Of a stretch of DNA of 64,000 nucleotides, positions 20,075 through 27,446 are shown in pieces. Each line of letters begins with the position of its first letter. The first letter of the stretch is position 1. The DNA comes from an uncultured SAR86 cluster bacterium (lineage in GTDB: Bacteria > Pseudomonadota > Gammaproteobacteria > Magnimaribacterales > D2472), in the NCBI GenBank assembly GCA_902563835.1, contig CACEZB010000001.1, forward strand, positions 42,217 through 106,216, given 5' to 3'. Position numbers and translations under genes: made by a program. The notes under the pieces are model-generated. The model was not told the DNA's origin, did no database searches, and saw only the letters and a list, made by a program, of their open reading frames with translations.

Positions 20075-20910
20075 AATTCATGTTTCGTTTTAGGGGGTCC
20101 AAAGAAAAAATACATAGCTTGATTTAAATTTTTTGCCTGTCTTACGTCTTTAAAAATCTGTTGCCACCCCATAAATGTAATTTTGGTTGGATTGAACGTA
20201 TTAACATTATTAACTAATCCATATTTTACCGATTCTTTTTCAGGCTCAAAAGTGCCAAACATACGATCCCATATTATTAAAAGATTGCCATAATTTTTAT
20301 CTATATATTGACTATTTGCTCCATGATGGACTCTATGATGCGAGGGAGTATTAAAAATCCACTCAAGTGGTCCCAACTTACCAACAATTTGAGTATGCCC
20401 AACTATTCCCCACAAGGTGCTTATTACTCCTGCGACTGCAATTATTGTTGGATCAAATCCCAACAATGGCATAACCATGAAAAATGGAACTTTGGATAAT
20501 GGTCCAAACCAAGCCTGCCTAAAAGACACAGCAAAATTCATTTCTTCACTTGAGTGATGGCTCATATGAATCGCCCATAGGAAATTAACTCTATGAGAAA
20601 TACGATGGTAAATATAAAAAACTAAATCTATCATTACAAAAGTTGCAACCCATATCATCCAAACTGGCATCAGATCTGATAAATTAAATAACTTAAATTT
20701 GAATAAATAAAAATGAAGAGCAAGGGTTGCACCTTTTAAAGCAAAAACCATAAGAATATTTCCAGTTAATAATCCAATTGTGCATAAACTATCATTCTTC
20801 TTGTATAGGTTCTTGTTATATGCACTAGAAAACATAACCTCAATTAAGATCATAGCCAATACTATCGGGGCACCAATTGCGTAAACCTGATTAACGGTTA
20901 ATTCAGTCAT
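20071..20910 (-). CDS. fatty-acid hydroxylase / sterol-desaturase superfamily membrane di-iron enzyme
   Basis: His boxes HRISH, HMSHH and HHRVHH. Overlaps the FMO gene by 4 nt. Confidence 0.8.
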   Translation of the reverse strand: MTELTVNQVYAIGAPIVLAMILIEVMFSSAYNKNLYKKNDSLCTIGLLTGNILMVFALKGATLALHFYLFKFKLFNLSDLMPVWMIWVATFVMIDLVFYIYHRISHRVNFLWAIHMSHHSSEEMNFAVSFRQAWFGPLSKVPFFMVMPLLGFDPTIIAVAGVISTLWGIVGHTQIVGKLGPLEWIFNTPSHHRVHHGANSQYIDKNYGNLLIIWDRMFGTFEPEKESVKYGLVNNVNTFNPTKITFMGWQQIFKDVRQAKNLNQAMYFFFGPPKTKHEL

Positions 20911-20991
20911 TAAAAATTTTATATTTTAGAACCTGCATATGTATATTATGTCTATAATTAGCAGTGCGAAGCAAACTTTAAGGGGTTAAAT

Positions 20992-21429
20992 ATGTTCGAA
21001 GTATATCAATCTTCTCTAATAGGATTATGGCTAATATTAGCAACTATTATGATTCAGGCGATGGTTGCTATTAGGGTTCATCGCAGACAAAAAGGAGGAT
21101 ACAAACCTGGTATTGTAGACCCCTCTTTAGATCATTCATCATTTGTTTTTAGAACTCATAGGACTTTCCAAAATTCTATAGAGAATGTTATTCCGATATT
21201 AGGGATGTCAGTTATTGCGATGCTTGCCGAGTATTCAGCCTCTAGACTTTCAACGATAATATGGATATATGCTATTTCAAGAATTATTCATATGATTCTT
21301 TACTATAAGATTGCGACCAATAAAAATCCTAGTAAAAGGAGTATTTTTTGGGCAATTGGTTTTCTGGTAAGTTTATACTTTATGGTAGATTTTGGATTTT
21401 ACCTTTTAGCATCATATTTATACGGCTAA
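20992..21429 (+). CDS. MAPEG-family membrane protein
   Basis: 145 aa with 4 TM segments and a MAPEG-like pattern. Confidence 0.55.
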   Translation: MFEVYQSSLIGLWLILATIMIQAMVAIRVHRRQKGGYKPGIVDPSLDHSSFVFRTHRTFQNSIENVIPILGMSVIAMLAEYSASRLSTIIWIYAISRIIHMILYYKIATNKNPSKRSIFWAIGFLVSLYFMVDFGFYLLASYLYG

Positions 21430-21875
21430 AAAGATTTTAGCAAAGTCTTAATATTAGACATAAGGCTTGGATTGCCTTTAAAGCTTTTAATTGATTTGTC
21501 TGGCTCGCTCCATTTGTTTGCTGAATCGGTAAAGAAATTCGAATCTACCTTAACCCAACTTGAATCATCTAATGTACCTGCTTTAATAAAAACAATGTGT
21601 GAAAGTTCTTTCTGATAGCTTAATACTCCTGATCCACAATTAGGACAAAATCCTCTGCTAACATGATTGCCTGAGGTGCCTTGGCTTTCAAAAAATTTTA
21701 ACTCGCCATTCATCTCAACATATTTTTTTGCGATAAATAAAATTGTGGCTTTTCCTGATCCGGTAGTTCTTTGACAGTCCTTGCAATGACAATGATGTGC
21801 TGAAATAACCTTTTTCGCATTAAAAGCATAGGATACTTCACCACACTGACATCTACCTTTTTGGATGTTGTTCAT
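21426..21875 (-). CDS. GFA-family (glutathione-dependent formaldehyde-activating / CENP-V-like) zinc protein
   Basis: Cys motifs CQCG...CHCKDCQR...CPNCG. Confidence 0.7.
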   Translation of the reverse strand: MNNIQKGRCQCGEVSYAFNAKKVISAHHCHCKDCQRTTGSGKATILFIAKKYVEMNGELKFFESQGTSGNHVSRGFCPNCGSGVLSYQKELSHIVFIKAGTLDDSSWVKVDSNFFTDSANKWSEPDKSIKSFKGNPSLMSNIKTLLKSF

Positions 21876-21906
21876 AAATTTATTCTACAGTAAACTCATG
21901 ACAATC

Positions 21907-22365
21907 ATGAAAAATTATAAAAAACTTCTTTTAACGTTCATCATTTGTATTACATTTGCTGTTAGTGCTGAAAATATTGAAGGAGAAAATGGTTGTAAAA
22001 CTAAATTAGTTCAAATGTTAATACCTGATTGGCCGAATGCTAATTACCAAGGCTATAGTGTTGTTAGCTTTAATATTAATAAAGATGGTGGAATCTCAGA
22101 ATCTAAGATTAAAGAATCTAAATGTGCTATAGATAGAGATGAAAACGGAATTATAGTTTTTAAGACATGCCCTTTTTTTAAAAAGGTTTCTTTTGCTGCA
22201 TCAAAATATTTGAAGTATAAAAAACCTATTAATAAAGAAGGCTTATCCTGCTCCATTAAAAATCATGAATATAGATATAATTTTTCTTTATATAATATTG
22301 AGATTGAAGATAATAATTTTCTTTTAAGAAAAGAATATGAAGCAATGAGGTATGACTCTAAATAA
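21907..22365 (+). CDS. secreted protein with TonB-C-terminal-like domain
   Basis: Signal peptide from the internal ATG at 21907. The segment ...PDWPNANYQGYSVVSFNINKDGGISESKI resembles the TonB_C fold. Confidence 0.45.
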   Translation: MKNYKKLLLTFIICITFAVSAENIEGENGCKTKLVQMLIPDWPNANYQGYSVVSFNINKDGGISESKIKESKCAIDRDENGIIVFKTCPFFKKVSFAASKYLKYKKPINKEGLSCSIKNHEYRYNFSLYNIEIEDNNFLLRKEYEAMRYDSK

Positions 22366-22373
22366 TAACAGAG

Positions 22374-22766
22374 TTACTTAATCCTCAACGAAGCACATAA
22401 TTTATTACCCGTGGGGTCTCTTAGGTAAGCTAAATACCATTTTAATTTACCATAATCACGAATCCCTGGAGGGTCTTCAATTGAAGTTCCCCCATGATCC
22501 AGTCCTGCTTGATGCCATGCATCGCCCTGCTCAGGATCTTTTACACTAAACCCTATCGTGGCACCATTAGATACTGTTGCCGGCTCATTATCTATCGGCT
22601 CAGTTAAGATAAACCCTATTCCGTCTAGATTATAAAAATATCTTTTTTGGCCTGTTGCATTAGGAATCATCTTGGCAGGTTCTACACCTAATGTTTTAAG
22701 CAAATTATCATAAAAAATTTTTGATTCTTCTATATTGTTTGTACCGACCATTACATGACTAAACAT
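22374..22766 (-). CDS. VOC (glyoxalase/bleomycin-resistance/dioxygenase) family protein
   Basis: 130 aa with a single VOC module pattern. Confidence 0.65.
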   Translation of the reverse strand: MFSHVMVGTNNIEESKIFYDNLLKTLGVEPAKMIPNATGQKRYFYNLDGIGFILTEPIDNEPATVSNGATIGFSVKDPEQGDAWHQAGLDHGGTSIEDPPGIRDYGKLKWYLAYLRDPTGNKLCASLRIK

Positions 22767-22781
22767 AGCATCACCCCTTTA

Positions 22782-23693
22782 TTAAAATAAATTAATTAAT
22801 GAATAAGAAAATATTAGAGTAAATGTCCACAAAACAAAAGCTACAGAAAATGTTCTCATATCTATCTGCTTGATTGCCTCTAAACTAATCTGGGCCCCAA
22901 TACAAAAAAGAGCTGCAACTAAAAATATCTGACTTATTGAGTCCAATGCCAATAAAGTTTGCTCTTCAAAATTTAATACTGTTCCTAATACAATTGCTAA
23001 GATAAATATAAAAACGAACATTGGGAATTTCGGTTTTGCGTTCTTTGCATCTTTATAAAAAATACCAAGAATTATTATCAATGGTATTAACCAAATTGTT
23101 CTTCCTAGTTTTAAAGTAGTAGCTGTTTCTAAAGCATCCCCACCGAAAGCCATTGCAGCGCCTACAACTGAACTTGTATCATGAATTGCCATTGCTGCCC
23201 ATGCGCCAAAACTCACATCAGTCATACCTATGCTGTTTCCAATTAATGGGAATAGCGCTATTGCCAAAGCATTAAATGAAAAAATAATAGCCATAGAAAC
23301 TAACAATTCTCTTGGTTTTGCTTTTATTAATGGAGAAATTGCTGCCATTGCTGTCGCGCCACAAATTGCAGTCCCAGACGTTATCAAAAGAGCAAGTCTT
23401 TTATCTGTGTTAAAGATTTTTCCCAATAAGAGTCCTGCTAAAAACACAACAAGTACAAAAATTGTAATGTATGGAAAATATATAGCAGTTATTTTTAAAG
23501 CGCTGGATGCTGATATGGTTAAACCTAAGATAACTACCCCTACTTGAAGAAATTTTGTTCCAATTGATTTGCTAATAAAGTTATCTGGTAATTTGAAAAT
23601 TAATGCAAACGCCATCCCTGTCACTAAAGCCAATAATGGGGATCCTATTAGAATTACTAAAAATGCTAACAGTATTCCTGTGTAAAGCTTCAT
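22782..23693 (-). CDS. YeiH/UPF0324-family (putative sulfate exporter family) membrane protein
   Basis: 303 aa with about 9-10 TM segments and a YeiH-like sequence pattern. Confidence 0.6.
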   Translation of the reverse strand: MKLYTGILLAFLVILIGSPLLALVTGMAFALIFKLPDNFISKSIGTKFLQVGVVILGLTISASSALKITAIYFPYITIFVLVVFLAGLLLGKIFNTDKRLALLITSGTAICGATAMAAISPLIKAKPRELLVSMAIIFSFNALAIALFPLIGNSIGMTDVSFGAWAAMAIHDTSSVVGAAMAFGGDALETATTLKLGRTIWLIPLIIILGIFYKDAKNAKPKFPMFVFIFILAIVLGTVLNFEEQTLLALDSISQIFLVAALFCIGAQISLEAIKQIDMRTFSVAFVLWTFTLIFSYSLINLF

Positions 23694-24532
23694 TTAGTAT
23701 GTTCTATTAACAAAGTTGGAACATTGTGAGTGTGAGATTTTATAGTGGCTACCAAGGTATTTTCTTTTAAGCCATGTTTAATATCAGTTATCTCTACACC
23801 TTCCTTGGTCAGCCTTTCATGAGCTTTTTCAATCGATTCAACCTCCCAGGCCAAACCCCATAAACTATCTAATGAATCCTTGTCATCTTTCTTTTCAACC
23901 ACCTCTATGGTGGTCTTATTTAATCTGAAAAATAGCATCCTGCTATTCCAATGTTCTATCACTTTATCTAGAGCAAGCCTGATATCAAATTCATTTTTAT
24001 AAATATCTATAAACCCATCAGCATCATTTGTATTAATAACTACATGATCTAATTTATTGAAAGCGGTATCTGGATATGATTCTATGGACGGGAGCTGCCC
24101 TTCGGTATGTTCAATAATAAAAGAAAAAAGCCCTCGAGTAAGTTCTGGCGGCAAAAAAAGATTTTTCCATTTCCTTATAGATTGATTATTAGAGTTTGTA
24201 CCTTCACCTAGCGATGGATCATTAACCATGTAGCCTTTATCTTTTAATACTCTAGTAACCTTATCAATATTTTCTGTACCAAAAACTATTCCTGTTAAAC
24301 CCTCGCCTTGTTTCTCTATCGCATCATTAACCAACGCAGCGCCTAATCCCACTCCTTTTGCAGATAAAAGTTCAAAATAAGTATTCTTAAAATTAAATAT
24401 TGAATTAGCAGTGCCTAGTTCTTTATGTTCGCCTTTCCATACTGGGTTAAGACCAAAGACTTTTTGATAATTTTTTTCTGCCTCATCAAGATCCTTAACG
24501 GCTACTATAAGATGGTCTAGTGTATTTATCAT
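23690..24532 (-). CDS. two-domain VOC-family protein
   Basis: 280 aa with two glyoxalase-like modules (LDHLIVAV..., LDHVVINT...). Confidence 0.65.
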   Translation of the reverse strand: MINTLDHLIVAVKDLDEAEKNYQKVFGLNPVWKGEHKELGTANSIFNFKNTYFELLSAKGVGLGAALVNDAIEKQGEGLTGIVFGTENIDKVTRVLKDKGYMVNDPSLGEGTNSNNQSIRKWKNLFLPPELTRGLFSFIIEHTEGQLPSIESYPDTAFNKLDHVVINTNDADGFIDIYKNEFDIRLALDKVIEHWNSRMLFFRLNKTTIEVVEKKDDKDSLDSLWGLAWEVESIEKAHERLTKEGVEITDIKHGLKENTLVATIKSHTHNVPTLLIEHTK

Positions 24533-25023
24533 TCCTTATGCTTATACCATTTTGGTATATCCCTTTTTTTCCAAGTGCAAAAATGGGATTTCTCTCCCAT
24601 ATAAAAATTCTGATAAGCAATTATTGAGTCATCACACTTATATTCATCAGGCATACATTGTGGTGGCTGTTTAAAAGGCATGTCTTTTTGAATATTTTCT
24701 GGTGGCTCTTCTAGAACATCTCTTAATAATAAATCTGTTGAATGTTTTTTTTCATACCGATAGGAGTATTCATCTGATAAAGCTACAAATAAACTGTATA
24801 ACCAATTGTATTGTGCCTCATTCTCTCTTGTCCAAACTGTACTTGGATGGTTTAAATGCGCTCTTTTATACATAGAAAGATTATCCGCTCTTTCATCACC
24901 GTCTCGCTCTCGATGGGCTGTTGATAACATTTGTGCATATTCCAATATCATTTTTACACAGTGCTTATCATTATGCTCAATAGCAGCAATTTTTGGATCT
25001 TTATTTAAATAAAAAATATTCAT
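24529..25023 (-). CDS. conserved hypothetical protein (family with the MNIFYL..DP...A..H.DKH..KMILE.AQ.L N-terminus, also seen in phages and large viruses)
   Basis: 164-aa ORF that overlaps the downstream VOC gene by 4 nt. Function is not established from the sequence. Confidence 0.5.
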   Translation of the reverse strand: MNIFYLNKDPKIAAIEHNDKHCVKMILEYAQMLSTAHRERDGDERADNLSMYKRAHLNHPSTVWTRENEAQYNWLYSLFVALSDEYSYRYEKKHSTDLLLRDVLEEPPENIQKDMPFKQPPQCMPDEYKCDDSIIAYQNFYMGEKSHFCTWKKRDIPKWYKHKE

Positions 25024-25054
25024 TAATTATTTGTTATATATTTTTGGTAAAAAT

Positions 25055-25279
25055 TTACGTGTGAGATTTATGAGTTCTACTTTCAATTTGTTCATTAATA
25101 CTTTTTGCGCAGTCGCTAGCGGCCGTCTCAAACAAGAAAGGGAAAATAGAATGAATAATTGCTGCGATTCCAGAGAATATCATCTTGATTCCATATTTAG
25201 CTGAACACCTTTGGTGTTGAAAATATGTCTCCCCGACTGCCTTTGGATGGCTAGTAAATAATTTAATAATTTTGTTCAA
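25055..25279 (-). CDS. small hypothetical protein
   Basis: 74-aa ORF with one hydrophobic segment. Confidence 0.4.
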   Translation of the reverse strand: MNKIIKLFTSHPKAVGETYFQHQRCSAKYGIKMIFSGIAAIIHSIFPFLFETAASDCAKSINEQIESRTHKSHT

Positions 25280-25311
25280 ACTAAAAATAGTCTACAGGAT
25301 ATTTTTCTTTT

Positions 25312-25590
25312 TTAAAAACCCTTTTCTTCCTTGAGCAATCTTCTTTTAGCCTTTTCACCCCCAGGCCCGCTATACCCACCAATATTTCCATCAGACCTAA
25401 TAGCCCTATGGCAAGGGATCTCAATCGGTCTCGGGTTTTTGCCACAAGCATTTGCAACTGCCCTAGATGAATTAGGGTGTCCAATTGCTATTGCTATTTC
25501 TTTATATGATTTGGTGTGTCCTCTTGGAATCTTTTTAAGTTGCGCCCAAACCTTTTTTTGAAAGATTGTTCCAGATATTCTTTTATTCAA
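25312..25590 (-). CDS. stand-alone methylated-DNA-protein-cysteine methyltransferase (MGMT/Ogt) C-terminal domain protein
   Basis: 92 aa with the active-site motif IPCHRAI and a helix-turn-helix region (SYKEIAIAIGHP). Confidence 0.75.
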   Translation of the reverse strand: MNKRISGTIFQKKVWAQLKKIPRGHTKSYKEIAIAIGHPNSSRAVANACGKNPRPIEIPCHRAIRSDGNIGGYSGPGGEKAKRRLLKEEKGF

Positions 25591-25596
25591 TTTAAT

Positions 25597-25917
25597 TTAC
25601 GATTTATATAAATTCACAATCGTAGTGCCTATTACAATTAAAAATAATCCTGCAACCGTTTGCCAATTTAAAGTTTGTTTGTAAAAAATATAGCTCAAAA
25701 TAGCTATAGAAAATATTCCTATTCCAGACCACGAGGCATAAACAATTGAGAGAGGAAGTTTTTGAGAAACGATTGCTAGAAAATAGAAAGACATTCCATA
25801 TGAAGTTAGCAATACTACTGTTGGGGTTATCTTTGTAAAGTTTTGTGATGCTGGTAATAGCATGGTGCCAACAACCTCTAATGCAATTGCTATAAAAAGC
25901 AATGCATAGACATTCAT
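25597..25917 (-). CDS. SMR-family small multidrug/quaternary-cation efflux protein
   Basis: About 106 aa from the ATG at 25917, with 4 TM segments. The conserved membrane Glu sits in TM1 (AIALEVVGT). ATGA overlap with the upstream GFA gene. Confidence 0.75.
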   Translation of the reverse strand: MNVYALLFIAIALEVVGTMLLPASQNFTKITPTVVLLTSYGMSFYFLAIVSQKLPLSIVYASWSGIGIFSIAILSYIFYKQTLNWQTVAGLFLIVIGTTIVNLYKS

Positions 25918-26282
25918 TTTTCTACCCAAGGAAGTTTATCTTCAATATAAATATCTGTCTTTGGCTCAAAGTCTTGAGGCTTATCTAAGCTACCAATAGT
26001 TATATAAATATAATCTGGGTATTCTTTAAGCATACAAACTAAAGGTGTCCCACATTCCTGACAAAAATATCGCGTCCCTTCAGAGGAGGAAATTAATTTT
26101 TTTGGTTCCCCTTCAATATATGTAAATCGTTCTAGTGGTATAGCCATCCAAGAAACATATGCGGCCCCAGAAATACGTCTGCACATAGAACAATGACAAT
26201 TTGAAGTATAGTAATTATCTGGTCCAAAACCGTAACGAATTGAGCCGCAAAAACACCCGCCTTGTATCACTTTTCCTACCAT
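25914..26282 (-). CDS. GFA-family zinc protein (second paralogue)
   Basis: Cys motifs CFCG...CHCSMCRR...CQECG. Confidence 0.7.
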   Translation of the reverse strand: MVGKVIQGGCFCGSIRYGFGPDNYYTSNCHCSMCRRISGAAYVSWMAIPLERFTYIEGEPKKLISSSEGTRYFCQECGTPLVCMLKEYPDYIYITIGSLDKPQDFEPKTDIYIEDKLPWVEK

Positions 26283-26310
26283 GATTGAATATCCATAACC
26301 AGATTAATTC

Positions 26311-26391
26311 TCATCGATTAAGAAACCACCAATACATAACCATCATAAAGATGATGACAAACCATAACATAAAGTTGCTATTCTTTTTCAT
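26311..26391 (-). CDS. possible 26-aa hydrophobic peptide (MKKNSNFMLWFVIIFMMVMYWWFLNR)
   Basis: Hand translation; below the ORF-track size cutoff. Overlaps the end of the preceding small ORF by 14 nt. Confidence 0.25.
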   Translation of the reverse strand: MKKNSNFMLWFVIIFMMVMYWWFLNR

Positions 26392-26527
26392 TTCTTAAAA
26401 ACATTAATGAAGCTGTTGCTAGTATAACAAGCATCAAAATAGTAAATTGTTTTTCTTCAACTATTGCAACAACAAGAATTGCCGCTGCCCACATAATTGA
26501 TTGAAAGATCTTTTGTTTTTTATTCAT
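26378..26527 (-). CDS. possible 49-aa two-TM peptide (MNKKQKIFQSIMWAAAILVVAIVEEKQFTILMLVILATASLMFLRNEKE)
   Basis: Hand translation. The ATG lies 5 nt after the stop of the 135-aa gene. A decayed copy of its first codons follows the paralogous 117-aa gene. Confidence 0.3.
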   Translation of the reverse strand: MNKKQKIFQSIMWAAAILVVAIVEEKQFTILMLVILATASLMFLRNEKE

Positions 26528-26532
26528 GACTT

Positions 26533-26940
26533 TCATTTACCCAGACCAGGAGATCCACCCTGAAAAATCTTTACTTTGTCTATTACTTTTCCGGACCTAT
26601 CGAAAGTCTTACCCTTTTTATTTTTGTTAAGAGTTTTTATTCGATTTATTTGATCTTTGGTAAAACCTCTCCTTCCTCTTGATTCAAATTTTTTTATGTC
26701 TGATTCTTTCTTTAAAACACTCATATAATCACAATAATGTCGTATTTCTTTTAATTTCCAACCTTTGGGTTGAAGAATTTTTTTAATGTCCTCATAAAAA
26801 ATAAAAGGGAATATTATTTTTTTAAATTCTTGAAACTTTTTAATTGAAATTATTCTTTCTAAATTTTGTTTTTTTTCTTCTAATTTTCTTTTTACTTCTT
26901 TTTTTTGAATCGGGGAAAGGTTTTTATATTTTTTCTTCAT
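26533..26940 (-). CDS. basic hypothetical protein, paralogue A, with C-terminal QGGSPGLGK motif
   Basis: 135 aa, Lys/Arg-rich. Homologous along its length to the 27006-27359 ORF (..ERIISIK../..ESIISTK.., DIKKIL..GW..EI). Confidence 0.55.
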   Translation of the reverse strand: MKKKYKNLSPIQKKEVKRKLEEKKQNLERIISIKKFQEFKKIIFPFIFYEDIKKILQPKGWKLKEIRHYCDYMSVLKKESDIKKFESRGRRGFTKDQINRIKTLNKNKKGKTFDRSGKVIDKVKIFQGGSPGLGK

Positions 26941-26952
26941 TGATTAACTATT

Positions 26953-26994
26953 ATAACCAAATCTACTCCACCGTAGTGGAGTTGAATTGGTTGT
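26953..26994 (-). repeat. J1 intercistronic element: imperfect 42-bp palindrome with a 7-bp stem and UACG-loop hairpin core
   Basis: ATAACCAA-atct-ACTCCAC-cgta-GTGGAGT-tgaa-TTGGTTGT. Positions 26955-26975 are identical to 27390-27410. Positions 26963-26980 read STTVE* on the minus strand. Confidence 0.7.
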
Positions 26995-27005
26995 ACCTGT
27001 TTTCT

Positions 27006-27359
27006 TCATGACTTTCCTTTACCCAAACCTGGTGATCCACCTTGATACGGTTTTGTATAAGTTTTTGGTTGTCCGGTCTTGTTTTTGGAATATTTAAATG
27101 AAGGGGATACCCTTCGAGTATCCTGTCCCTTTCCTATACTTTTTGGTTTAGATAATTTCGATATTTGTTCCCTCGACCAACCCAACTCCATTAGTGAATC
27201 ATGAAGTATTTTTTTTATATTATCTCGACGATTGATTTTCTTATCCTGTAATTTAGTTGAAATTATTGATTCCAACTGAGTTATTAACTCCTCTAAATTC
27301 TTATTTTTGATATGACCATCTTTATTAAGATAATCTTTAAGATAACCCTTGATATCCAT
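27006..27359 (-). CDS. basic hypothetical protein, paralogue B, with C-terminal QGGSPGLGK(GKS) motif
   Basis: 117 aa. The C-terminal motif codons differ from paralogue A only at synonymous sites. Confidence 0.55.
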   Translation of the reverse strand: MDIKGYLKDYLNKDGHIKNKNLEELITQLESIISTKLQDKKINRRDNIKKILHDSLMELGWSREQISKLSKPKSIGKGQDTRRVSPSFKYSKNKTGQPKTYTKPYQGGSPGLGKGKS

Positions 27360-27387
27360 ACTTATTTTTTACACCTAAATAACTGGT

Positions 27388-27432
27388 ACAACCAAATCTA
27401 CTCCACCGTAACGGAGTGTCCATAACCAAATT
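27388..27432 (-). repeat. J2 intercistronic element: hairpin copy plus flanking AACCAAAT direct repeats
   Basis: The 21-bp stretch aaccaaatctactccaccgta is shared with J1. Hairpin at 27400-27417. Positions 27398-27415 read SVTVE* on the minus strand. Positions 27419-27432 repeat 26292-26305 (13/14). Confidence 0.7.
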
Positions 27433-27446
27433 GTCAACTTTCCCCA

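Noticed and set aside
25281-25484. 67-aa ORF overlapping the MGMT gene in another frame, and a 76-aa antisense ORF at 25331-25561
   Set aside because: The overlapping 92-aa frame carries the unambiguous PCHR alkyl-acceptor motif. The alternative frames have no features.
26953-27432. Integron-type attC sites / a CALIN cassette array as an explanation for the small co-oriented ORFs separated by palindromic spacers
   Set aside because: J1 can be read as R''-L''...L'-R' with AAC/GTT ends (GTACAAC...GTTATAA in gene sense), but it matches RYYYAAC/GTTRRRY only at 6/7 and 5/7. It is shorter than typical attC sites. J2 lacks an inverse core, the other spacers lack the structure, and no intI is present. 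This is kept only as a weak alternative.
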